64,000 nucleotides of DNA from contig CAVUKA010000001.1 in NCBI GenBank assembly GCA_963741945.1, positions 1,088,001 to 1,152,000 of the forward strand. The letters are read 5' to 3'. Of the stretch, positions 41,726 through 50,059 are shown in pieces. The number at the start of each line of letters is the position of its first letter. Position 1 is the first letter of the stretch. Source of the DNA: an uncultured Gemmatimonadales bacterium. Lineage in GTDB: Bacteria > Gemmatimonadota > Gemmatimonadetes > Longimicrobiales > RSA9. Position numbers and translations under genes: made by a program. The notes under the pieces were generated by a model, which saw nothing but the letters and a program-made list of their open reading frames with translations, was not told where the DNA came from and made no database searches.

Positions 41726-41732
41726 TGGATCC

Positions 41733-42020
41733 AGACGGCGATGGTACCGCGACCTAGGAATCAACGCCGTCGCTTCCGGAAGGGACGCTTTTCGGAGGCA
41801 GCTCGCCGAAGGATTCGGCTGACGGCGAGCCGGCTGCGAGGTTACTGGCCGCAGCTGTAGCTCCTGAGGCCATGGAGCACCCGATCCGCGGGTCGCGCGG
41901 TGAGGGGTAAGGCGAAACGAGGCGGAGCGGACCGAAGGGTCACGCCACCGAACCGAAAGCCCTCGACGCCGCCAGTGGTGCGAGCCCCCGGGACCGGTTT
42001 CGACCGAGCCCGGGGGTTCC
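41733..42020 (+). ncRNA. Putative ~290-nt structured non-coding RNA (family unassigned; Ms1-like candidate)
   Basis: Back-to-back helices 41734-41771, 41772-41799, 41801-41830, 41831-41857, 41860-41878, 41886-41900, 41902-41964 and a 3' hairpin 41982-42019. G-U pairs favour the + strand. Two loop-mediated long-range pairings. Has its own promoter and no credible CDS. Confidence 0.7.
41982..42020 (+). terminator. 3' terminal hairpin of the putative ncRNA
   Basis: GAGCCCCCGGG-AC-CGGT-TTCG-ACCG-AG-CCCGGGGGTTC with a UUCG loop; weak U-tract. Confidence 0.55.
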
Positions 42021-42158
42021 TGCATCCAGCCGGCACCCGCGACGGTCCGGCGCGATCCGATCCATCCACCCTCGCCGTTGACGCGAGCGAAATCGCCCGA
42101 CACGCCGTGGACGGCCTGGCCGTCCTGTACGCTGACCCGCTTCCCCGATATCTCGCCC

Positions 42159-43358
42159 ATGGATCGCCGCACCTTCGTGAAGACGGGCGCCGCCGCTGCG
42201 GCCGGCGCCTCACTGCCCCGGGCGCTGCATGCCGAACGCCCGGTCCCGGGGGCGCCCGGTGTGCTGGCGCGCCGAACGCGGGACCCTCTGCTGATTGCGG
42301 ACGTGAGCAGCATCCGGTTCCGGAACGGGGGGACGGAGAGCGCGATCGAGCGGGCGTACCGCGGGATCGAAGCGGGTGAGGATGTCCTGGACGCGCTGGT
42401 TTCGGGCGTGCGCATCCCGGAGCTGGATCCGGAGGAAACGGGGATCGGGTACGGCGGACTGCCGAACGCCAGCGGCGTGGTGCAGCTGGACTCGTGCTGC
42501 ATGCACGGGGAGCGTCGCTGGGCAGGAGGCGTTGCCGCGCTGGAGGGGGTCCCGACCGCGGCGGCGGTAGCGCAGAAGGTGGCGACCCTCACCGACCATC
42601 ATCTTCTCGCGGGAGCGGGGGCGAAGGAGTTCGCCCGTGACGTGGGCTTCGAGATCATGGAGGACCTGAACACGGAGCGCTCGCGCGCGCTCTGGCTCGA
42701 GTGGCGGCGCCGGGTGGACCCGGAGCACTGGCTCGATCCGGATGAGCGGACGGGGCGGGGAGAGAGCGCGGCTGGCATGACGGGGCGCGGGCGGGGCCGG
42801 CAGGCTGCCCGGGCAGAGGCGTGGTACCGGGCCGGACGCTCCATGGTGCGCGACGGCCTGATCCCGGAGCATTCGTTCTGGGGCACCACCAACCTGAACG
42901 CGCTCACGCCTGCGGGGCACGTGGCCGGCGTCACCACCACCAGCGGGCTGGCCTGGAAGATCCCGGGGCGTGTGGGTGACTCGCCGATCCTTGGCGCGGG
43001 GCTCTATGTGGACGATGCCGTGGGCGCAGCGGGGTCCACGGGGCGGGGCGAAGCGAACCTGTACAACCTGTCGAGCTATCTGATCGTCGAGAACATGCGT
43101 CGCGGGCTGGCGCCCAAGGACGCGGGCATGGCCGCCCTGCGTCGCATAGCCGACAACACGGTCGAGCCCCGTCTCCTGAACGACCGCGGGCTCCCCGCGT
43201 TCGATGTCCGGTTCTTCATCCTGGACCGTTCCGGCCGGTACGCCGGCGTGGCGCTGTACGGCGCGGCGGAGAAGATGTTCGCGGTCATGGACGGAAGTGG
43301 CGCGCGGGAGGAGCCGCTGGAAGGCCTGTTCGAGGGGCGCCCGGAGGACGACAGGTAG
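42159..43358 (+). CDS. Tat-exported Ntn-hydrolase, glycosylasparaginase / isoaspartyl peptidase (asparaginase_2) family
   Basis: MDRRTFVK Tat signal, GIGYGGLPN, VQLDSCCM, WGTTN (catalytic Thr), TTTSGLAWKIPGRVGDSPILGAG, STGRGE. Confidence 0.9.
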   Translation: MDRRTFVKTGAAAAAGASLPRALHAERPVPGAPGVLARRTRDPLLIADVSSIRFRNGGTESAIERAYRGIEAGEDVLDALVSGVRIPELDPEETGIGYGGLPNASGVVQLDSCCMHGERRWAGGVAALEGVPTAAAVAQKVATLTDHHLLAGAGAKEFARDVGFEIMEDLNTERSRALWLEWRRRVDPEHWLDPDERTGRGESAAGMTGRGRGRQAARAEAWYRAGRSMVRDGLIPEHSFWGTTNLNALTPAGHVAGVTTTSGLAWKIPGRVGDSPILGAGLYVDDAVGAAGSTGRGEANLYNLSSYLIVENMRRGLAPKDAGMAALRRIADNTVEPRLLNDRGLPAFDVRFFILDRSGRYAGVALYGAAEKMFAVMDGSGAREEPLEGLFEGRPEDDR

Positions 43359-43377
43359 AGGGGGTGCGGGGGGCGGG

Positions 43378-43878
43378 TCATCGAGCGACGGCGCGGGTGG
43401 ACCGCGCCATGGCCCACTCGAGGATCTCCGGGTCGCGGGCGGCGTCGGTGATGAGCTGACGGGGGTCGGGGCGGCGGCCCACGCGGAGGAGGTCGAGGCG
43501 GTCGGCGTCCCAGCAGGTGCCGAGCGTCGGGTCGTCGGTGGCGACACCGAGCGTGTGGGTGCGGCAGGCTTCGACGAGCAGCTCGAGCTGAGCGGACGTC
43601 ATCGGCAGCAGGGCGGGATCGAGGGTCCGGATCCAGGCGGCCGCGCGGGGGCCGTGGTGGAGGTCGCGGGCCTCGTTCAGGCGGCGACTGTCGTGGAGCG
43701 CTGCGAAGAACTCCACCACCAGGGGGTCCGCTCCGGTGCGCGGTGCCAGCCGGGCGCCGTTGTCCCGCACGCGTTCCCAGTGGTGGAGGCCGTGGATCCC
43801 GTACCAGTCCAGCGCGTACTGCGCTCGCACCGCTTCGAGCAGCTCGGTGCTGACGCGCGTCCAGCCGACCTCGGCCAT
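43378..43878 (-). CDS. HD-domain metal-dependent phosphohydrolase
   Basis: IHGLHHWERV, LHDSRR, HHGPRAA, CRTH, CWDADRLDL. GGAGGA RBS before ATG 43878. Confidence 0.8.
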   Translation of the reverse strand: MAEVGWTRVSTELLEAVRAQYALDWYGIHGLHHWERVRDNGARLAPRTGADPLVVEFFAALHDSRRLNEARDLHHGPRAAAWIRTLDPALLPMTSAQLELLVEACRTHTLGVATDDPTLGTCWDADRLDLLRVGRRPDPRQLITDAARDPEILEWAMARSTRAVAR

Positions 43879-43924
43879 GGGCGTCCTCCCCGGAAAAGGC
43901 GGGCGTGGGTTTCCATGTCGAACC

Positions 43925-43961
43925 CCGCCCCCCGCCGCGAACCCTGCGGGGCGGGGGGCGG
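43925..43961 (-). terminator. 12-bp perfect hairpin after fumarase stop
   Basis: CCGCCCCCCGCC / GGCGGGGGGCGG with no clear U-tract. Confidence 0.45.
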
Positions 43962-43969
43962 TGAAGGAG

Positions 43970-45628
43970 CTAGAACTGCGCGAAGAAGTCGTTCCCCTTG
44001 TCGTCCACGAGCACGAAGGCGGGGAAGTCCTCGACATCGATCCGCCACACCGCTTCCATGCCCAGCTCGGGGAAATCGATGCACTCCACCTTCTTGATGT
44101 TCTCGGCGGCGAGGAGCGCCGCGGGGCCGCCCATGGAGCCCAGGTAGAAGCCACCGTGCTTCGCGCAGGCATCGGTGACCTGCTGGCTCCTGTTCCCCTT
44201 GGCGATCATGATGAGGCTGCCGCCGTGGCTCTGGAGCAGGTCCACGTACGCGTCCATGCGCCCGGCCGTGGTGGGTCCGAACGACCCGGAGGCCCGCCCG
44301 GCGGGCGTCTTGGCCGGCCCGGCGTAGTAGACGGGGTGCTTCGTCAGGTAATCGGGGATCGGCGCACCGCGGTCCAGGATCTCCTTGAAACGGGCGTGGG
44401 CGATATCGCGAGCGACCACGAGCGTCCCGCTCAGCAGCACCGGGTCCCCCACCTTCAGCGCCGACAGCGCCTCTCGGGCCGCGTCCATGCCACGCGTGAG
44501 GTCCACGCGCGTGCCCTGCATGCTCCCGCTCTCGCGGTACGCCTCCGGGATGAGCCTTGCCGGATCGGTGTCCAGCCGTTCCACGAACAGGCCGTCGCGC
44601 GTCACCTTCGCCCTGATGTTCCGGTCCGCAGAGCAGGAGACGGCCATCCCCACGGGGCAGCTGGCGCCATGGCGGGGGAGGCGGATGACGCGCACGTCGT
44701 GGGCGAAGTACTTGCCGCCGAACTGCGCGCCGATCCCCAGCCGCTGGGCCGCGAGCAGCAGTCGGGCCTCCAGCTCGACATCCCGGAACGCGCGCCCGTG
44801 CTCGTTCCCGCTGGTGGGCAGGCCGTCCAGCTCCCGGGCGCTGGCCAGCTTCACTGCCTTCATGTTCGCATCCGCGCTGGTCCCGCCAATGACGAAAGCG
44901 ACGTGGTACGGCGGGCACGCGGCTGTGCCCAGCGACTTCATCTTCTCCACCAGGAACGATTCCAGCTTCTCAGGCGTCAGGAGCGCCTTCGTCTGCTGGA
45001 ACAGCATTGTCTTGTTGGCGCTCCCCCCTCCCTTGGCCATGAACAGGAACTTGTACGTGTCGCCGTCGGTGGCCTGGATGTCGATCTGCGCCGGGAGGTT
45101 GGTACCCGTGTTCTTCTCCGTATACATGTCCAGCGCCACGGTCTGCGAGTAGCGCAGGTTCTCCTCCGTGTACGTCCGGTAGACGCCGCGGGCGATCCAT
45201 TCCTCGTCCCTGGCGCCCGTCCACACCCGCTGCCCCTTCTTCGCGACGACGGTGGCCGTTCCCGTGTCCTGGCACACCGGCAGCTCGCCTTCCGCCGACA
45301 CGGCGGCGTTGCGCAGGAACGCCAGCGCCACGCCGCGGTCGTTCGGCGAAGCTTCCGGGTCGCGGAGGATCGTGGCCACCTGCTCGTTGTGGCCGGGACG
45401 CAGGAGGAAGGAGACATCGCGCATGGCAGCGCGCGTGAGGACGGCCAGGGCTTCGGGTGCCACCTTCAGCACTTCCTGGCCATCGAAGATCCCGATGGAG
45501 ACGTAGCGCTCGGAGCCTTCGAGCTTCCGGTACTCGGTGGTATCCGGCTCCAGCGGGAACGGGTCCTGGTAGACGAACTCGGGCGCGGCGGACTTCCGCT
45601 CGGCGGCCCCGGCGACGGCATTGGGCAT
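43970..45628 (-). CDS. Class I (Fe-S) fumarate hydratase, FumA/FumB type
   Basis: [67 protein letters not shown]. Confidence 0.95.
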   Translation of the reverse strand: MPNAVAGAAERKSAAPEFVYQDPFPLEPDTTEYRKLEGSERYVSIGIFDGQEVLKVAPEALAVLTRAAMRDVSFLLRPGHNEQVATILRDPEASPNDRGVALAFLRNAAVSAEGELPVCQDTGTATVVAKKGQRVWTGARDEEWIARGVYRTYTEENLRYSQTVALDMYTEKNTGTNLPAQIDIQATDGDTYKFLFMAKGGGSANKTMLFQQTKALLTPEKLESFLVEKMKSLGTAACPPYHVAFVIGGTSADANMKAVKLASARELDGLPTSGNEHGRAFRDVELEARLLLAAQRLGIGAQFGGKYFAHDVRVIRLPRHGASCPVGMAVSCSADRNIRAKVTRDGLFVERLDTDPARLIPEAYRESGSMQGTRVDLTRGMDAAREALSALKVGDPVLLSGTLVVARDIAHARFKEILDRGAPIPDYLTKHPVYYAGPAKTPAGRASGSFGPTTAGRMDAYVDLLQSHGGSLIMIAKGNRSQQVTDACAKHGGFYLGSMGGPAALLAAENIKKVECIDFPELGMEAVWRIDVEDFPAFVLVDDKGNDFFAQF

Positions 45629-45870
45629 GGTCGATCGCTGTGACGTGAGAGTCTCTCGCCGGGGCTAGCGGGTTCCCGAAAGGTCGCCCCCGATTCGCTC
45701 CCCGTCAAACATCCCCCCACCCCGCCGCCGTTCCCGTCGCGACTCCCGTCGCCGCTCCCGTCGACCCCTCTCCGACGGCTCCTGCCGCGACGCCAGATTC
45801 CCGCTTACGCCTCGCGCGCATTATTCTGTAGGGGAACACAGTCCACACCCAGAGAACACAGGAGCAGCAC

Positions 45871-46557
45871 GTGGCGCTCTTCCGTTCAGCCAGTGAAGAT
45901 TCGGCCGACCGCCCGGCGGGCATGGAGGTCCTGGCGGCGGCACCCCGGGCCAGTGGCTCGGCGGGTGATTCCGTCGTCGGCGAAGGAATGGTGGTCCGGG
46001 GCGACTGCGAAGCTCGCGGCGCCCTGCGCGTGAACGGTCACGTCACCGGCGACGTGGTGGCCCTCAGCGTGATAGTCGGGCCGGACGGCCGCGTGGATGG
46101 AAACGTGGCGATCCCGGGCGGGGGGCATGGCCAGGGGGAGGTGCGGGTCGACGGGCACGTGGCGGGGGAAGTGCAGGCCGAGCGCGTCGAGGTGGGGCGG
46201 GAAGGCGTGGTGGGTCGCGCGCTCCGTGCCGCCGAAGCGGTGGTGCACGGCCGCGTGAGCGGAGGCGTCACCGCCGACCGGCGGCTCCTCCTGGAGTCCA
46301 CCGCCGATGTAGCCGGCGACATCACCACGGAGCGCCTCACGATCAAGGAAGACGCCACCATCATGGGAGCCCTGCGCGTGGGGCGGCCCGGCGGTTCAGG
46401 GGCGCAGGGCGCTGAACGCGCGTCCGCCGCGACCAAAGCTCCGGAAGCCACCAAAGCTCCGGAAGCGACCAAAGCCCGGGAGGCGACCAGAGCCCCGGAG
46501 GCGAAGAAGACCCAGGGCGAGGCGTTCCCGAAGAGTTCGTCAGCGCCAGACAAATAG
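45871..46557 (+). CDS. Bactofilin (polymer-forming cytoskeletal protein), extended beta-helix, with C-terminal repeats
   Basis: SVVGEGMVVRGD, LRVNGHVTGDV, VRVDGHVAGEV, AVVHGRVSGGV, ADVAGDI. GGAG RBS before GTG. Confidence 0.8.
   Translation: MALFRSASEDSADRPAGMEVLAAAPRASGSAGDSVVGEGMVVRGDCEARGALRVNGHVTGDVVALSVIVGPDGRVDGNVAIPGGGHGQGEVRVDGHVAGEVQAERVEVGREGVVGRALRAAEAVVHGRVSGGVTADRRLLLESTADVAGDITTERLTIKEDATIMGALRVGRPGGSGAQGAERASAATKAPEATKAPEATKAREATRAPEAKKTQGEAFPKSSSAPDK
46429..46500 (+). repeat. 4 x 18-bp coding tandem repeat (AT[K/R]A[P/R]E)
   Basis: gcgaccaaagctccggaa / gccaccaaagctccggaa / gcgaccaaagcccgggag / gcgaccagagccccggag. Confidence 0.85.
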
Positions 46558-46593
46558 GGCCGACACGGGAAGGCCGCAGGCCCGGCCTCGACG

Positions 46594-46956
46594 CTACCCC
46601 GGATGCGCGACGGTGAGCAGGAAGGCCGCGCCCTCGTCCGTGCGGACATCATGCGGGACGCCCGGTCCGAGCGCCAGGATCTGGCCCGTCTCCACGCGCT
46701 GCGTGCCGCCATCCGTCTCGACATGGACGCGCCCGCGCAGAGGCTGGATGGTGACCGGCCCGTCGGCGTCGTGCTCCGGAATGCCACCACCGGGCCCGAG
46801 CACGACCAGCGTGACGCGGAGCGAGCCCTCCTTCAGCAGCGTCCGGCTGCTGCGCCCGTCGCGGTCCAGTGTGGCGGGATGGGTGGCCTCCTCTTCTTCT
46901 GCGCGCAAATCGAAGAGCAGGGCGTTTCCGTGAAGCGGTCGTTCGATGCTGGACAT
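46594..46956 (-). CDS. Cupin domain protein
   Basis: 'RTLLKEGSLRVTLVVL..GGGIPEH.ADGPVTIQ.L.G...GVPHDV...AFLLT' cupin motifs. Confidence 0.8.
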   Translation of the reverse strand: MSSIERPLHGNALLFDLRAEEEEATHPATLDRDGRSSRTLLKEGSLRVTLVVLGPGGGIPEHDADGPVTIQPLRGRVHVETDGGTQRVETGQILALGPGVPHDVRTDEGAAFLLTVAHPG

Positions 46957-47027
46957 GGCAATGCTCGTTTCCTGGTGCTGGTCCCGGGTGCCGGCGAAGA
47001 CCGCCACATGCAAGTTGCGCGCGTGCC

Positions 47028-47432
47028 CTACTGCTCCGCGGCCCCCCGCTCGCACATGAGCGACAGCAGGTTCCCCCACGGATCGCGCAAGAACGCGAGC
47101 CACAGCTCGGTCTCCCCGAGCTCCGCTACCTTGCGCGGCGCCTCGACGAACTCCACTCCGCGACCCGCCAGCGCTGCGTGCATGGCCTCGATGTCGTCCA
47201 CCTGGAAATAGAGGACGCTGCCGCTCCCATCCCGCGGGGCGGACGAGGCGTCGTCCGATTCCGGCTCGGACACCATGAGCCGGATCCCTCCGCAGTCGAA
47301 GAAGGACAGGGCGGGCGGTGCGGAGAAAAGGTGTCGCATTCCCAGCCGGTCGCGGTAGAAGGTGGTCGCCTCGGCGACGTCGCCCACGGTGAGCGCGATC
47401 TGCCCGATCGGTCCGAGTCCCATTCCGGCCAT
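47028..47432 (-). CDS. VOC/glyoxalase family protein
   Basis: IGQIALTVGDV, FYRDRLG, LYFQVDDI, AFLRDPWGNLL. GGAGG RBS. Confidence 0.88.
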   Translation of the reverse strand: MAGMGLGPIGQIALTVGDVAEATTFYRDRLGMRHLFSAPPALSFFDCGGIRLMVSEPESDDASSAPRDGSGSVLYFQVDDIEAMHAALAGRGVEFVEAPRKVAELGETELWLAFLRDPWGNLLSLMCERGAAEQ

Positions 47433-47592
47433 GAAGCCTCCTTCGCAGAGAGCACGGGAGCACGCGGCCCGTCATCGCCCCACGATGCGAGTGCAATCGC
47501 CTCGCCGCCAGCGTGGCGGGGGCCGATGGCGCCCCTGTCGGATGGCCGGTTTCGGCCCGCAGGGCCGGCCGGGTCAGGGCGGATCGGCCGGC

Positions 47593-47982
47593 TCAGCCCG
47601 GGCCGCCGGGCATCGGCCCGTACCGCAACCCGGCCTCGATCCGCTCCAGGACCTCGATCGCCGCGGTGAGCTCGGCGCGCGGCCCCCGCGGCCTCGCCTT
47701 CAGCCGCCGCAGCGCGGAGCCGGCCATGGAGACGGCGCGCAGCCCGGAGCTTCGATACGCTTCCCGCTCGTGAATCGGCACCGTTCCGGGCGGCGGGATT
47801 TCCGCGCGCGTCCCGACGATGGCGCGGGCCATGACGAAAGTGGCGGGAACGAGGACTGCCTCGGCCCGCCGGGACTGCCGCCGGGGGAGGCCGGCGAGGA
47901 TGCCGCCGATCAGGTGGCTGAGCTGCTGCAGGCTCAGGTACTCGGGCTGGATCTCCCATTCGAACTGGGCCGGGACTCGCAT
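47593..47982 (-). CDS. Hypothetical protein
   Basis: GGAG RBS before ATG 47982 and natural-looking composition (MRVPAQFEWEIQPEYLSLQQLSHLIGGIL...). No motif recognised. Confidence 0.45.
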   Translation of the reverse strand: MRVPAQFEWEIQPEYLSLQQLSHLIGGILAGLPRRQSRRAEAVLVPATFVMARAIVGTRAEIPPPGTVPIHEREAYRSSGLRAVSMAGSALRRLKARPRGPRAELTAAIEVLERIEAGLRYGPMPGGPG

Positions 47983-48176
47983 GACCACGCTCCGGTGAGG
48001 GTGTGCCCCCAATGTCCGCACGGGGCGGGGCGCGTCCATGGCCGGAGGGGACGGTCGCCCGCAGCCCGCCCGTGGCGGAGCCCCGGAGGGGTGGAGAGCG
48101 ACGACGCCCAGCGCAGAGGGTGGCGGCGGCCGGCGCGGGCGCGCGGCGAAGCGGCCAGCGGGGAACGGAGGACCCG

Positions 48177-48467
48177 ATGCTGGTGATCATCAGCGACCTC
48201 CACCCAAGCGACGTCGGCACCACGCATGCCTTCGATGCGGCGGCGCTCGAGGTGATCTCGGATCGGGTGGATGCGGCGGCGCTCTCGCGTGGAGCGCGCG
48301 AGATCCGGCTCGTGCTGCTGGGCGACACCGATGCCACGTACGTCCCCGGACACCACGACCGCGTCCTGCACAATTTCCCGGCCCTCCGGGACCGACTGAC
48401 GCTACCGGATTCGCCGGCCCACATCCACGCCGCCGCTTGCCGCGCAATCGTTCGCTCCCCACGGTGA
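48177..48467 (+). pseudogene. Truncated, internally deleted calcineurin-like metallophosphoesterase remnant
   Basis: GGAGG RBS. MLVIISDLH (motif I), LVLLGD (motif II) followed almost immediately by YVPGHHD (degenerate GNHD motif III). Stops after 96 aa without the later His motifs. Confidence 0.55.
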
Positions 48468-48577
48468 GAGGTTGCCATTCTTGCACCGGGAGCCCGTATG
48501 CTGCGACCATCCACCCCCGTCCTCCGGGCCGGCGCCGCCCGTCCCGCGTCCTGCCCACCCGCGCGGGCCGGGCGGGC

Positions 48578-49966
48578 ATGACCCGGGTGGTGGTGGTGGG
48601 CGGAGGGGCCTCGGGGCGACTCGTCGCCCTCCACCTCCTGCGCCGGGCCCCCGCCGGGGCCGGCCTCCGGATCAGCGTAGTGGACCGGGCCGGGCCGGGC
48701 GCCATGGGACCCGCCTACTCCACCGACTCGGACACGCTGCTCCTCAACGTTCCGGCGGAGATCATGGGCGCCTCCTCCGACGATCCCGACGAGTTCCGGC
48801 GCTGGGCCGCAGGCCGATGGCCGGGCACCGAGCCCGGGGCGTTCGTTCCCCGGCGCCTGTTCCGGGAATACTTGCTGGGGCTGCTGGCCGATGCCGTGGG
48901 CGACCGGGCGGGCGACGTGACCTTCGAGCACGTCCGGGGCTCGGCCACGGACATCGAGGTCTCGGGCGCCGAGCGCGGCGACCGGGGCCGGGCCGCCGTC
49001 CACCTGGAGTCCGGCGACCGGCTCGAGGCCGACCGGGTGGTCCTGGCCCTCGGCAACTTCCCGCCGCCGGAGCTCCCCATGTCGGACCCGGCCACGGGGG
49101 AGAGCGACCGATACGTGCCCGTCCCCTGGGACCTGTCCGCCCTGGACCGTCTGGAGACCGACGACCCGGTGGTCTTCATCGGCACCGGCCAGACCATGGT
49201 GGACCTGTGCCTGGTCCTGGCCGGGCGGGGCCACACGGGCACGCTGACGGGGATCTCCCGGCGCGGGCTGCTCCCCCTCACCCACCCGGAAGACGACCAG
49301 GAGTACCCGTCGTTCTACCCGGAGATCGAGGGCGTCCGCAGCGTCCGCCGCGTCCTGGCCGTCATCCGGAAGCACGTGCGCCGGGCCCGGTCCCGGGGGA
49401 TCGACCCCCGGGCGGTCATCGACTCCATGCGGTCCGACACCCAGGTCCTCTGGAGCGCCATGCCGGAGGTCGAGAAGCGGCGGTTCATGCGTCACGGGTT
49501 CCGCTACTGGGAGCGGATCCGGAGCCGGATCCCGCCGGGCAGCGGCGCGGCCATCGACCGCATGTGGGACCAGGGCCGGCTGCGGATCCGCACCGGCCGG
49601 GTCCGGGACATCCGGGATACCGGCGCCGCCATGGAGGTCCGCTACGCGCCTCGCCGTGACGGGCCGGAGCGGACCGAGCGCGGCGCATTGGTCATCAGCT
49701 GCATCGGCCCGGAGACCGACTACCGACGGGTCCGCGATCCCCTGGTGCGAAACCTCATGGACCGGGGCCTGATGCGGCCGGGCATGGCCGACATCGGGAT
49801 GGCCACCGACCTCGACGGCGCCCTCCTCGATGCTGAGGACGAGCCGTCGCACGTACTCTTCACTATCGGCTCCCCCATGAAGGGGCTGGTCTGGGAGATG
49901 CTGGCCGTGCCGGACATCCGGGTCCAGGCGGAGAACCTGGCGGAGCGGTTCGTCGGGACGGGTTGA
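48578..49966 (+). CDS. FAD/NAD(P)-binding oxidoreductase (YdhS-like)
   Basis: VVVVGGGASG, GPAYST, LLNVPA..M, VVLALGN, IGTGQTMVD, SRRGLLP, CIGP, WEMLAVPDIRVQA. Confidence 0.82.
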   Translation: MTRVVVVGGGASGRLVALHLLRRAPAGAGLRISVVDRAGPGAMGPAYSTDSDTLLLNVPAEIMGASSDDPDEFRRWAAGRWPGTEPGAFVPRRLFREYLLGLLADAVGDRAGDVTFEHVRGSATDIEVSGAERGDRGRAAVHLESGDRLEADRVVLALGNFPPPELPMSDPATGESDRYVPVPWDLSALDRLETDDPVVFIGTGQTMVDLCLVLAGRGHTGTLTGISRRGLLPLTHPEDDQEYPSFYPEIEGVRSVRRVLAVIRKHVRRARSRGIDPRAVIDSMRSDTQVLWSAMPEVEKRRFMRHGFRYWERIRSRIPPGSGAAIDRMWDQGRLRIRTGRVRDIRDTGAAMEVRYAPRRDGPERTERGALVISCIGPETDYRRVRDPLVRNLMDRGLMRPGMADIGMATDLDGALLDAEDEPSHVLFTIGSPMKGLVWEMLAVPDIRVQAENLAERFVGTG

Positions 49967-50059
49967 AGGCTCCCTGGCCGCGCCACTGGCGCGCGTCCGC
50001 CGCGCGCCCCCAGACTGTCGCACCCGTTCGATATCCAAGGACTCGATCCAGGAACCGTC

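Noticed and set aside
41733-42020. Assignment of the RNA as tmRNA, RNase P, SRP, 6S, hammerhead or c-di-GMP riboswitch
   Set aside because: It lacks tRNA-like ends and a tag ORF, GAGGAAAGUCC, the SRP GGAA/AGCAG loop, a single long 6S rod, the CUGANGA core and GGCAAAC..GACGCAAAG. A covariance-model search is still needed.
41687-42592. ORFs crossing the putative ncRNA (41660..41860, 41687..42592, 41842..42213, 41900..42379)
   Set aside because: Low-complexity Arg/Pro/Ala translations without RBS or motifs. Structure and promoter position fit an RNA better.
45728-45763. 3 x 12-bp repeat (..TCCCGTCG) upstream of fumarase
   Set aside because: Short and degenerate in a pyrimidine-rich tract; cannot be distinguished from slippage.
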